This document shows positions 38,184 to 50,264 of a stretch of 64,000 nucleotides of DNA, piece after piece (positions within the stretch are counted from its first letter, which is position 1; each line of letters opens with the position of its first letter). The notes beneath the pieces were generated by a model. That model saw nothing but the letters and a program-made list of their open reading frames with translations, did not search any database and was not told the DNA's origin. Position numbers and translations under genes: made by a program. The DNA is from Rhodospirillales bacterium. GTDB lineage: Bacteria; Pseudomonadota; Alphaproteobacteria; MPNO01; UBA2964. The stretch covers positions 276,958 to 340,957 of the forward strand of contig JAYOEY010000002.1 of the NCBI GenBank assembly GCA_038116945.1, written 5' to 3'.

Positions 38184-40460
38184 ATGGCTGAGACGGCAAC
38201 GACAGGAACCAGACACCTGCTTCGTCGCGTCCGCGATGTCATGTCGGGCGCGGGGACGGCCCAGGAGCGGCTGGACCGGCTGGTTCACGTCATCGCCGCC
38301 GAAATGGTCACCGAGGTCTGCACGATCTACGTCATGCGGGCGGGGCAGGTGCTGGAGCTGTTCGCCACCGAAGGTCTGCGCGCCAGCGCCGTTCACCAGA
38401 CCCGATTACGGGTTGGCGAGGGGCTTATCGGCAATATCGCGGCGCATGCCCGGGTTCTCAATCTCGCCAAGGCCCAGTCCCATCCCGACTTCGCCTACCG
38501 ACCGGAAACCGGAGAAGAAATCTATCAATCGTTCCTCGGCGTGCCGATCATCCGCGGCGGCCGTGTGCGCGGCGTTCTCGCCATCCAGAACAAGGCGCAA
38601 CGCGTCTATACCGAGGAAGAGATCGAGGCGCTGGAAATGATCGTGGTGGTGCTGGCCGAGCTGATCGCAGGCGGCGACCTGGTCAGTCCGGGCGAGCAGC
38701 TTCAGGCCGAAGGAAACGCCATCCTGCCCGTTCGTCTTACCGGTATCCAGATCAATCCCGGGATTGCGATGGGCGACGCGGTGCTGCACCGGCCAAGGGT
38801 GGAAATTCCCCGCATGTTTTCCGACGATCCGGCGGCGGAGGAAACGCGGCTGCTGGAAGCGCTCGATTCGATGCACGACGCGATCGACAACCTGTTCAAT
38901 GTGGCGGAACTGACGGGAGGCGGCGAGCATCGCGACGTGCTTGACACCTATCGGCTGGTGGCCCGCGACGCCGGCTGGCTGCGGCGTCTGCGCGAGGCGA
39001 TCTCGAGCGGTCTTACCGCCGAGGCCGCCGTCCAGAAGGTCGGCGACGATACGCGCGCCAGGATGGCGATGGCCGCCGATCCGTATTTGCGCGAACGGCT
39101 GCACGATTTCGACGATCTCGCCAACCGCCTGATGCAGCATCTTGCAGGCCATTCCGGGAAGCAGGCGCAGACCGACCTGCCGGACGATGTTGTTCTGCTC
39201 GCCAAAAACATGGGGCCGGCGGAACTGCTCGATTACGAGCCCCATCGACTGCGCGCGCTGCTGCTGGAAGAAGGCTCGGCGACCGCGCATGTCGCGATCG
39301 TCGCCAAGGCGCTGAACATTCCGGTGGTGGGGCGCATACACGATCTTCTCGCCCGCATCGATCCGCTGGACCCGGTGATCGTGGACGCCGACCATTCCCA
39401 GGTTTTCGTTCGTCCCGCCGAAGACGTGCAGCAGATGGTCGCCGATACGATGTCCGTCCGGGCGGAACGCCAGGCGGTCTACTCGGCGATGCGGGACCTG
39501 CCGACGGTGACGCGGGACGGGCAGCCGATTTCGCTGTTTCTCAATGCGGGTCTGCTGATCGACGTACAGCAGTTGCCCGAAACGGGGGCGGACGGAATCG
39601 GTCTTTACCGGACCGAAATTCCGTTCATGGTTCGATCCGAGCTGCCGGGCGTGGAAGCCCAGACCGAGCTTTACGATCGCGTCCTCAACCAGGCGGACGG
39701 CAAGCCCGTCATGTTCCGCACCCTCGATATCGGCGGCGACAAGCAGCTTCCGTACTTTCATGCCAGCGCCGATCAGAATCCCAACATGGGCTGGCGCGCC
39801 ATTCGCGTGGGACTCGACCAGCCATCCATACTGCGCCAGCAGCTTCGCGCCCTGATCAACGCGGCGAACGGACGGGATCTTTCCGTAATGTTCCCGATGG
39901 TTTCCGAAGTCGCCGAATTCGATGCCGCGAGATCGGTGCTCGAACGCGAGGTCGAACGCGTCGGGTCGCGTGGCGGCGTAACGCCCGGAAAGCTTGATAT
40001 CGGCGTCATGCTCGAAGTGCCGGGCCTGATGTGGCAGCTGAAGCCTCTTCTCGAGCGCGTCGATTTTCTTTCGGTCGGCAGCAACGACCTGTTTCAGTTC
40101 CTGTTCGCCAGCGACCGCGGAAACCCGCGGGTCGCCGACCGATACGACGTTCTGTCTCCAGGTCTTCTGTCGTTGCTGCGCAGGCTCGTCGAGGCGACCA
40201 CGGAGGCGAACGTGCCGCTGTCGCTCTGCGGCGAAATGGCCGGTCAGCCGATCGAGGCGATGACGCTGATCGGGCTCGGTTTCCGGCGTATTTCCCTGCC
40301 GCCGGCCAAGTTCGGCGCGGTCAAGGCGATGGTGCGCAGCCTCGATGCCGGCGCCCTTGCGCGCTACATCGAAACGCTGCTCGACCTGCCCGATCACAGC
40401 GTGCGTCGCAGGCTGACCGCCTACGCCCGGGATCATGGCATCGAGATCGGCGATCTGTAA
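38184..40460 (+). CDS. ptsP: Phosphoenolpyruvate--protein phosphotransferase PtsP (EI-Ntr, N-terminal GAF domain)
   Basis: It has a GAF domain followed by EI PEP-utilising domains (…LLEEGSATAHVAIVAKALNIPVV…, C-terminal TIM barrel). Confidence 0.9.
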   Translation: MAETATTGTRHLLRRVRDVMSGAGTAQERLDRLVHVIAAEMVTEVCTIYVMRAGQVLELFATEGLRASAVHQTRLRVGEGLIGNIAAHARVLNLAKAQSHPDFAYRPETGEEIYQSFLGVPIIRGGRVRGVLAIQNKAQRVYTEEEIEALEMIVVVLAELIAGGDLVSPGEQLQAEGNAILPVRLTGIQINPGIAMGDAVLHRPRVEIPRMFSDDPAAEETRLLEALDSMHDAIDNLFNVAELTGGGEHRDVLDTYRLVARDAGWLRRLREAISSGLTAEAAVQKVGDDTRARMAMAADPYLRERLHDFDDLANRLMQHLAGHSGKQAQTDLPDDVVLLAKNMGPAELLDYEPHRLRALLLEEGSATAHVAIVAKALNIPVVGRIHDLLARIDPLDPVIVDADHSQVFVRPAEDVQQMVADTMSVRAERQAVYSAMRDLPTVTRDGQPISLFLNAGLLIDVQQLPETGADGIGLYRTEIPFMVRSELPGVEAQTELYDRVLNQADGKPVMFRTLDIGGDKQLPYFHASADQNPNMGWRAIRVGLDQPSILRQQLRALINAANGRDLSVMFPMVSEVAEFDAARSVLEREVERVGSRGGVTPGKLDIGVMLEVPGLMWQLKPLLERVDFLSVGSNDLFQFLFASDRGNPRVADRYDVLSPGLLSLLRRLVEATTEANVPLSLCGEMAGQPIEAMTLIGLGFRRISLPPAKFGAVKAMVRSLDAGALARYIETLLDLPDHSVRRRLTAYARDHGIEIGDL

Positions 40461-40545
40461 GCCGGGCCGGGGCTCTTTGTTTGTCGCGTCCAAGAAGCGA
40501 TTGATTTCCGTATACTTTTTTTGCTAATACCGCATTGGCGTCAGG

Positions 40546-41865
40546 GTGGCGCGACGGGCAGCGGTCCGTTCCGTCCTGCGCCTGAACGATCAGCGTCAAT
40601 CATCGATAGAGACGGCAGCCTTGGCAGAGTCCCGTACGGCAAGCAATGTCCCTTCGGCGGATACCGCGCGTCAGGCGGTTGAGTTCGGCGCGTCGATGCG
40701 CGAGATGCGGCGCGCGCACAACCGCGAACTTGCCGACGTCGCCGCCATTCTGAAAATTCGCCAGGTCTATCTTCAGGCGATCGAGGAAGGCCGTTTCAAC
40801 GCCCTGCCCGGACGCACCTACGCGACGGGTTTTATTCGGGCCTACGCCGATTATCTCGGCCTCGACCTGAATGAGGTCATGCGCCGCTATCGCGAGATCA
40901 CCGGCGATCAGCCGGCCCAGACGACGCTGGTGCCGCCGTCCCCGGTGGTCGAGGCGCGTTTGCCGACAGGGTTTATTCTGCTGGTCGCGGCAATTCTCGC
41001 CGTCGCGGTCTATGGCGGCTGGTATTACCTCACCGTCGATGGGCGCGACCCCATCGAAGTCGTATCCAGATTGCCCGACCGGCTTGCCGAGCTGGTCGGT
41101 CTGAACGGAAGCGCCGCGCCGGTTCCGGCGGATGAAAAGCCGCCGATTCCGTTGCCGCAGGAATCAAAGCCGGCGGCTCCGCCGACCGTCGCCGAAGAGA
41201 AAGTGACGCGCGGCGCGGCACCCGCGCCCGCGCCTTCTTCAGCGCCGGGCGACGCCGTTAGGGCGGCTGTTGCGGAACCTGAAAATGCGCCGCCTGCGGT
41301 GCCCGCTGAACCCGCTGTTCCGGCCACGGTTCCTGCAACCGTACCGGAAGTTTCCCCGCAACCCGAGCCAGAGGCGCCGAGCGCGGTCGCGAATGCAACG
41401 GAAGCAGCGCCGTCCGGCGTCGCGCCGGCAGTAACCGAACCCGCGTCCACCCCCGAGGGCGGACAGGACCCGGTCGCCACGACGGCGCAGGCGCCCGACG
41501 CGGCGTCGACGGAAAATAACGAAGCGCCGCCTCCGGCGCCGGCATCTGTCGCGCCCAAGGTCGAGCAGCCGGGTTCGGAGGCGGGCGGGCCTGCGCGTCG
41601 CGTCGTCCTTCGGGCCAGTTCGATCACCTGGGTTGAACTGCGGGACAGGGACGGTAAGCGGCTTTACTCCCGGTTGATGAAAAATGGAGAAACCTTTTCG
41701 GTTCCGCCCGACCGGGGCGCCGTTCTCGAAACCGGCAATGCCGGCGGGCTCGATATCCTGGTCGACGGAACCCCGATCGCGCCGCTCGGCCCTCAGGGTG
41801 CGGTGCGGCGCGACGTATTGCTGGAGCCTGACGCCCTGCTGGGCCGCTCGCCCGGGGGACGTTAG
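40546..41865 (+). CDS. RodZ-like cytoskeleton protein (XRE-type HTH, single TM, Pro/Ala-rich linker, C-terminal DUF4115)
   Basis: It has the HTH region …LADVAAILKIRQVYLQAIEEGRFNALPG…, a TM helix GFILLVAAILAVAVYGGWYY, a long PA-rich spacer and the conserved C-terminal domain (…RVVLRASSITWVELRD…). The exact start is uncertain: GTG at 40546 or ATG at 40696. Confidence 0.7.
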   Translation: MARRAAVRSVLRLNDQRQSSIETAALAESRTASNVPSADTARQAVEFGASMREMRRAHNRELADVAAILKIRQVYLQAIEEGRFNALPGRTYATGFIRAYADYLGLDLNEVMRRYREITGDQPAQTTLVPPSPVVEARLPTGFILLVAAILAVAVYGGWYYLTVDGRDPIEVVSRLPDRLAELVGLNGSAAPVPADEKPPIPLPQESKPAAPPTVAEEKVTRGAAPAPAPSSAPGDAVRAAVAEPENAPPAVPAEPAVPATVPATVPEVSPQPEPEAPSAVANATEAAPSGVAPAVTEPASTPEGGQDPVATTAQAPDAASTENNEAPPPAPASVAPKVEQPGSEAGGPARRVVLRASSITWVELRDRDGKRLYSRLMKNGETFSVPPDRGAVLETGNAGGLDILVDGTPIAPLGPQGAVRRDVLLEPDALLGRSPGGR

Positions 41866-41970
41866 CCGGTTTCCGGCGCGAATCTTTCCTTTTCTTGATT
41901 ACCCCGCGCCGCGCCCATAGTTTGTGCCGGCAAAACCCGAACAACCCTGAACGCCACTGGAACTGAAAAC

Positions 41971-43215
41971 ATGGCCGGTTTGCAGCCCGTACGAGGAACG
42001 CGCGATATTCTGCCTGACGAGAGAAGGGCGCATCGCCGTATCGAAGAAACCGGCCGGGCCATCGCGGAACGCTTCGGTTTCGAAGAAATTGCCACGCCGA
42101 TATTCGAATTTTCTGACGTCTTTCGCCGGACGCTCGGCGATACCTCCGACATCGTCACCAAGGAGATGTACAGCTTCACCGACAAGGGCGGCGACGAGGT
42201 GACGCTGAGGCCCGAAGGGACCGCCGGGGTGGCGCGCATGTTCATAGCCGGCGGGCTGGCCCAGAGCCTGCCGCTCAAGTTTTTCTATCAGGGCCCGATG
42301 TTCCGTTATGAACGGCCCCAGAAAGGCCGTTTCCGGCAATTTCATCAGATCGGCGTCGAACTGCTCGGGGTGGCCGAGCCCGAAGCCGATGTCGAGGTGA
42401 TAGCACTCGGCGCGTTGCTGCTCGAAACCCTCGGGCTTGCGGACAGCACCACTCTTGAACTCAATACGCTCGGCAACGCGGAAAGCCGCGCCGCCTATCG
42501 CGGCGTGCTGGTCGATTATCTTTCCACGCGCCGTGCAGATCTGTCGGAGGACAGCCAGGCGCGGCTTGAGCGCAACCCGCTGCGCATTCTCGATTCCAAG
42601 GACGAGGGCGACCGGAAGGTCGTCGCCGATGCGCCGGATTTCGGCGACAGTCTCGATGCCGAGTCGGTAGAGTTTTTCGATGCGGTAAAGCAAGGTCTCT
42701 CGGCGCTGGGCATCGAATACAGATTGAATTCCCGGCTGGTCCGAGGGCTCGATTACTACTGTCACACGGCGTTCGAATTCACCACCCAGGCGCTCGGCGC
42801 CCAAGGGACCGTCCTTGCCGGCGGGCGCTATGACGGGCTGATTGAACAGATGGGCGGTCGCGCCACGCCTGGCGTCGGATGGGCCGCAGGCGTTGAACGC
42901 CTGGCGCTGCTGGCCGGCGAAGCGCCCGCCGCGCCGCGCCCGATCGCTGTCGTTCCGGTCTCGCGCGAACAGGGGGCGCTTGCGACGAAGATCGCCCACG
43001 ACCTCCGCCGGGACGGTTATGTCGTCGAACTCGCCTTTCGCGGCAACATGAGCAAACGGCTCAAACGCGCCAACGGGATGAAGGCGAGCGCGGCCGTTAT
43101 TCTTGGCCCCGACGAGGCGGAGCGCGGCGCTGCGACGGTCCGCAATCTGGATGACGGCACCCAGACTGAAGCGCCGCTCGACGGGCTCGGCGGATATCTG
43201 ATCTCATTCCGGTAG
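41971..43215 (+). CDS. hisS: Histidine--tRNA ligase
   Basis: It has the class II aaRS motifs and HisRS-specific conservation (…RGTRDILP…, …GGRYDGL…). Confidence 0.92.
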   Translation: MAGLQPVRGTRDILPDERRAHRRIEETGRAIAERFGFEEIATPIFEFSDVFRRTLGDTSDIVTKEMYSFTDKGGDEVTLRPEGTAGVARMFIAGGLAQSLPLKFFYQGPMFRYERPQKGRFRQFHQIGVELLGVAEPEADVEVIALGALLLETLGLADSTTLELNTLGNAESRAAYRGVLVDYLSTRRADLSEDSQARLERNPLRILDSKDEGDRKVVADAPDFGDSLDAESVEFFDAVKQGLSALGIEYRLNSRLVRGLDYYCHTAFEFTTQALGAQGTVLAGGRYDGLIEQMGGRATPGVGWAAGVERLALLAGEAPAAPRPIAVVPVSREQGALATKIAHDLRRDGYVVELAFRGNMSKRLKRANGMKASAAVILGPDEAERGAATVRNLDDGTQTEAPLDGLGGYLISFR

Positions 43216-43220
43216 CGGCG

Positions 43221-44513
43221 ATGACGGCAGGTTCGGGAACGGCCCGACTGCTGCTGGTCGGGGCCAATCATCGGTCGAGCAGCGCGTCTCTGCGCGAGCG
43301 GCTCTATTTCGAGCCCTCCGAAACGCCGGCGTTTCTCGCGCGCCTGCGCCGGGACGGACTCGGCTCGGCGCTGGCGCTGGCGACATGCGACCGGGTGGAG
43401 GTCGTCGCCGCTCATGACGACGCGGACCGCGCGGCCGGAATCATTCTCGACACTCTGGCGTCCCGAAGCGGCGTGCCCCGGCCGGATCTGGACGATCAAT
43501 GCATCCGTCTTGCCGGTCAGGCGGCGCTGCGTCATCTCTTTTCCGTGTCCGCGTCTCTCGAAAGCCTGATCGTCGGCGAACCGCAGGTGCTGGGGCAGGT
43601 TCGCGCCGGCGACCGGATGGCGCGCGAAGCCGGCATGATCGACCCGACGCTGGACGCGGCCCTGTCTCGTGCCTATCACACGGCAAAACGGGTGCGCACC
43701 GAAACCGCGATCGGCGAACGACCGGTGTCGATCGCGTCGTCGGCGGAACGGACGGCGCGGAACATTCACGGCGACCTGTCATCGACATCGGTGCTGCTGG
43801 TCGGCGGCGGAGAAATGGGCTGTATGATCGCCGATCACCTGCGCGCTGCGGGCGCCGGCCGGTTGACGGTAGCCGCCCGTATCGCATCCCAGGCGCAGGG
43901 GCTCGCCCGCCAGCTCGGTGGGCATTACGGCCTGTTCGAGGAACTCGACGCCCTTCTGGCCGACGCGGACATCGTGATTGGCGCGCTTGGCGCCGGGCGT
44001 CCCGAAATTTCGGAGTCCTCGGTGCGGCGCGCAATAGCAAGGCGGCGGCGGAAACCGGTCTTTCTCATCGACGCAAGCGTCCCCGGCGATATCGATCCGA
44101 AGGTCAACGATCTCGACAGCGCGTTTCTTTACGACCTCGACGACCTGGACGCGGTGGCCAGCGAAGGGAGAAATGTCCGCGACAGCGAAGCCGTCGCGGC
44201 GCGTGCCATCGTCGATCAGGAAGTTTCACGGTTTCTGATCGACGAGGCGGGGCGCGACGCCGACCCGCTGGTAACCGCGCTCCGGCGACAGTTCGAAAGC
44301 GCGCGGGAGGCCGCCCTCTCGGATGCGGCGGGGGACGCGTCCCGCGCGACCCAGCTTCTGATCAACAGGCTTTTGCACGATCCCTCTTCCGCTTTGCGCC
44401 GGATGGCTGAAGACGGAGACGGATCGATCGACCGGGCGCGCGACGTTCTCGCGCGCCTGTTCGATCTGCCCGCGACCGGGCCCGGCATGGAGAACGACGA
44501 AAATGATGGATGA
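43221..44513 (+). CDS. hemA: Glutamyl-tRNA reductase
   Basis: It has the catalytic Cys region ([10 protein letters not shown]), NADPH-binding GGGEMG and a C-terminal dimerisation helix. Confidence 0.9.
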   Translation: MTAGSGTARLLLVGANHRSSSASLRERLYFEPSETPAFLARLRRDGLGSALALATCDRVEVVAAHDDADRAAGIILDTLASRSGVPRPDLDDQCIRLAGQAALRHLFSVSASLESLIVGEPQVLGQVRAGDRMAREAGMIDPTLDAALSRAYHTAKRVRTETAIGERPVSIASSAERTARNIHGDLSSTSVLLVGGGEMGCMIADHLRAAGAGRLTVAARIASQAQGLARQLGGHYGLFEELDALLADADIVIGALGAGRPEISESSVRRAIARRRRKPVFLIDASVPGDIDPKVNDLDSAFLYDLDDLDAVASEGRNVRDSEAVAARAIVDQEVSRFLIDEAGRDADPLVTALRRQFESAREAALSDAAGDASRATQLLINRLLHDPSSALRRMAEDGDGSIDRARDVLARLFDLPATGPGMENDENDG

Positions 44514-45576
44514 AAAACTCGATGCCCTGGTCGCCCGGCGCGACGAACTCGCGGCCCTTATGTCGACAGGCGACGCCGGCAGCGCCGAAAATTACGCGCA
44601 GCTGTCGAAGGAATATGCCGAGCTGACGCCGGTTGTCGAATGTATCGAGGAACAGCGCGCTCTTGAGGCCGAAATCGGCGACCTCGAAGCGATGGCAGCC
44701 GATACCGCCAGCGACGAGGAGATGCGCGCCCTCGCGGATGCGGAACTGAGAGACGCGCGCGAACGGCTGCCGGAGATCGAAAGCAGGCTGAAGGTCCTTC
44801 TTCTGCCCAGGGACGCCGCGGACGAAAAGAACGCCATTCTGGAGGTGCGCGCCGGCACCGGCGGAGATGAAGCCGCCCTGTTCGCCGCCGATCTTTTCAG
44901 GATGTACCAGCGTTACGCGGAGCGCCACGGGTGGCGGTTCGAGACGATGGACATCTCCGAAATCGGCATCGGCGGCTACAAGGATGCGACGGCGGAAATT
45001 TCCGGCAAGGGCGTGTTCGCGCGGCTGAAGTTCGAATCCGGCGTGCACCGCGTCCAGCGCGTGCCGGAAACGGAATCGGGAGGCCGCATCCACACCTCGG
45101 CGGCGACGGTCGCCGTCCTGCCCGAGGCGGAAGAGGTCGACGTGCAGGTCGAGGAAAAGGATCTTCGCATCGATACCTACCGCTCGCAGGGCGCTGGCGG
45201 CCAGCATGTGAACACGACGGACAGCGCGGTGCGCATCACCCATATTCCAACCGGCATCGTCGTGACCCAGCAGGACGAGAAATCGCAGCACAAGAATCGC
45301 GCCAAGGCGATGAAAATTCTCCGGGCGCGGCTCTACGACGCGGAACGCCAGGCGATGGAGGACGAGCGAGCGCGGACCCGGCGCAGCCAGGTCGGGTCGG
45401 GCGACCGGTCGGAACGGATCCGGACCTACAATTTTCCGCAGGGCCGCGTGACCGACCACCGGATTTCGCTGACGCTTCACAAGCTCGACCGCATCCTCGA
45501 AGGAGAGGCGCTGGACGAAATCGTTGATGCGCTGATCGCGGAAGACCAGGCGGCGCGGCTCGCCGATTTCGGATGA
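44503..45576 (+). CDS. prfA: Peptide chain release factor 1
   Basis: It has the GGQ motif ([13 protein letters not shown]) and the RF1-specific PxT region. It overlaps hemA by 11 nt. Confidence 0.95.
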   Translation: MMDEKLDALVARRDELAALMSTGDAGSAENYAQLSKEYAELTPVVECIEEQRALEAEIGDLEAMAADTASDEEMRALADAELRDARERLPEIESRLKVLLLPRDAADEKNAILEVRAGTGGDEAALFAADLFRMYQRYAERHGWRFETMDISEIGIGGYKDATAEISGKGVFARLKFESGVHRVQRVPETESGGRIHTSAATVAVLPEAEEVDVQVEEKDLRIDTYRSQGAGGQHVNTTDSAVRITHIPTGIVVTQQDEKSQHKNRAKAMKILRARLYDAERQAMEDERARTRRSQVGSGDRSERIRTYNFPQGRVTDHRISLTLHKLDRILEGEALDEIVDALIAEDQAARLADFG

Positions 45577-46430
45577 AAGCCTCCGACCTTCTTGCCGAAG
45601 GGACGCGGCGGATCGAAGCTGCGCGAATTGAGAATCCCATCGGCGACGCCAGGCAGCTGCTCATGCACGTTACCGGCTGGACGCGGACCGGCCTTGCCGC
45701 CGATCCCGACCGTGCGGTCGACGACGGGGTGGCCGGCGCTTTCCGGGCGCTGGTGGGGCGTCGCGCCGACCGGGAGCCTCTGTCTCACCTGATCGGACGG
45801 CGCGGTTTCTGGACTCTGGAACTGGAGGTCGGGCGCGACGTGCTCGATCCGAGGCCAGATTCGGAAACGCTGATCGAGGCCGCGCTGGACCGGTTCCCGG
45901 AACGCACGGCTCCGCTCTCGGTGCTCGATCTCGGGGTCGGCAGCGGGTGTCTCCTGTTGTCGTTTCTGGCGGAGCGGCCGAACGCGACCGGCGTCGGTGT
46001 CGATCTCTCTCCCGCGGCGCTGGCCGTCGCCCGGAGAAACGCGATGTCGACCGGCATCGCTGACCGGGTCGGCCTCGTCTGCGGCTGCTGGGGACGGGGC
46101 ATCGAACGCCGTTTCGACCTGATCCTCTGTAATCCGCCCTATATCGAAAGCGGCGTCATCGGGGGACTCGCGCCCGAAGTTTCCTGCCATGAACCGCGCC
46201 TCGCGCTGGATGGCGGCGCCGACGGGTTCGCAGCCTATCGCGCGGTCGCTCCGGAAATCGCCAGGCTGCTCGATCCGCAAGGCGCGGCGATCGTCGAAGC
46301 AGGCGCCGGGCAGATCGACGGAATCGTCGCGCTGTTCGCAGGTGAAGGGCTTGCATGTTGCGGCCAGCGGAAAGATCTCGGTGGCGTCGCCAGGGCCGGG
46401 ATTTTTCAGCCTGCGCCTGCGCTGTCCTGA
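45573..46430 (+). CDS. prmC: Release factor glutamine N5-methyltransferase (HemK/PrmC)
   Basis: It has the NPPY motif (LCNPPYI) and SAM motif LDLGVGSG. It overlaps prfA by 4 nt. Confidence 0.9.
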   Translation: MKASDLLAEGTRRIEAARIENPIGDARQLLMHVTGWTRTGLAADPDRAVDDGVAGAFRALVGRRADREPLSHLIGRRGFWTLELEVGRDVLDPRPDSETLIEAALDRFPERTAPLSVLDLGVGSGCLLLSFLAERPNATGVGVDLSPAALAVARRNAMSTGIADRVGLVCGCWGRGIERRFDLILCNPPYIESGVIGGLAPEVSCHEPRLALDGGADGFAAYRAVAPEIARLLDPQGAAIVEAGAGQIDGIVALFAGEGLACCGQRKDLGGVARAGIFQPAPALS

Positions 46431-46735
46431 CACCAAAAAAAGGGTTGGAAACACGGGCGATCCGCTCTAGTTTAGGGGCAGGACGATTGAAATTGCTCAA
46501 GGCATCTCGTCCTACCGGATCCTGAAACGGCTGCGCATGCAGAGACAGGGGCGACCGTAGGTAACGGTCTTCTTCCGCAGGTCATGGATTTCGCCGTCCC
46601 GGTATTTCCGGGGGGAATCCCTGAAGAGGGTTTTTCTGGGGAGATTTCGGGTCAGGCGTCAGGCCGACCAGTACTACGAGTCGCGTCCGGCAAGGGGCCG
46701 GGTCACAACAAATTTGGGAAGTAATTCGGAACGTC

Positions 46736-47347
46736 ATGATGAGATCAAGTCCGAACAACCGGCGCGCAAGAGGCCGGGGAAACGGGGGACGCCGTAACGG
46801 GCCGTCGAGTTCCCAGCATTTCGACAGCAGCGGGCCGGATCTGAAGGTTCGCGGCAACGCCAGCCAGATTGTCGAGAAATACCAGGCGCTGGCGCGCGAA
46901 GCGGCGACAGCCGGCGATCCGGTAATGGCGGAAAACTACTACCAGCACGCCGAACATTATTTCCGCATCATGAGCGCCGCGGCAGAAGCGCGCGCCGAGG
47001 CGAACCGGCAGGACGGAGACCGGAGCGACCGCGGCAGCCGCGGCAACGGGAACGGACAGCACCGGCCGGAGGAAAACGAATCTTCCGACGAGAGCCTGAT
47101 CGAAAACGGACCGGCCAACGGGAACGGCGCGGCGGCCGACGATAACGGTCCTGAACAGGGAGCGTCGCAAGAGCCGGTCGAAGACAGCGCCCCGCAGCCG
47201 AACGCCGACGAAACGCGGGAACCCCCGGAAGACAGTCGTAATCCCGCCGACATCGCGGCACGCGCCAGCCGACCGCGGCGCCGTCGTCCGCGGCCGGAGC
47301 CTGAACTGTCGGCGGAACAGCCCGAGGCCGGCGATATCGTCAATTAG
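46736..47347 (+). CDS. DUF4167-domain protein (disordered, RG- and acid-rich)
   Basis: It has the conserved N-terminal block VRGNASQIVEKYQALAREAATAGDPVMAENYYQHAEHYFRI followed by low-complexity sequence. Confidence 0.7.
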   Translation: MMRSSPNNRRARGRGNGGRRNGPSSSQHFDSSGPDLKVRGNASQIVEKYQALAREAATAGDPVMAENYYQHAEHYFRIMSAAAEARAEANRQDGDRSDRGSRGNGNGQHRPEENESSDESLIENGPANGNGAAADDNGPEQGASQEPVEDSAPQPNADETREPPEDSRNPADIAARASRPRRRRPRPEPELSAEQPEAGDIVN

Positions 47348-47463
47348 CGGTTGATGCCGTGTCCGCCTTCGTCGGTTTTCCGGCGGCGGCGACGTCAAGA
47401 TTTCCTTCAGATTTTCCCGTCAGGCTGGCCTGAAACGGGTCGTTTCGGCTCCGTTTAAAGAGA

Positions 47464-47494
47464 CTTGCCGGTTGGCCAGGGCATTCCCATATCT
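47464..47494 (+). promoter_or_regulatory. Putative sigma-32 (RpoH) heat-shock promoter upstream of clpB
   Basis: A CTTGCC element sits 16 nt upstream of TCCCATATCT, which matches the CTTGAA-N(13-17)-CCCCATNT consensus. It lies about 90 nt upstream of the clpB ATG. Confidence 0.45.
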
Positions 47495-47584
47495 CCCTTG
47501 GGACGCCTTTCAGGGTCCCGCCAAACCGGTTCGCCCGCCCGTTGAGGGGGCAACGAACGCAATGTCTCTGGAGGGAGTTGCTCG

Positions 47585-50173
<2,589 letters not shown>

Positions 50174-50264
50174 ATCCGGCGGACCCTGCCCATGGAGCGA
50201 CCCGGGTCGCGGCGTCTGTTATAATGCGCCGCGGCGACGGGTCGCCACGGGAGGGATCGGAGAA

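Noticed and set aside
38406-40493. 695-aa minus ORF antisense to ptsP
   Set aside because: ptsP, with its GAF and EI domains, is clear on the plus strand, and the antisense translation is low complexity.
40461-40545. Possible terminator after ptsP (GCCGGGCCGGGGCTCTTTGTTTG)
   Set aside because: The G/C run is not a true inverted repeat and only a weak T-tract follows, so it was not called.
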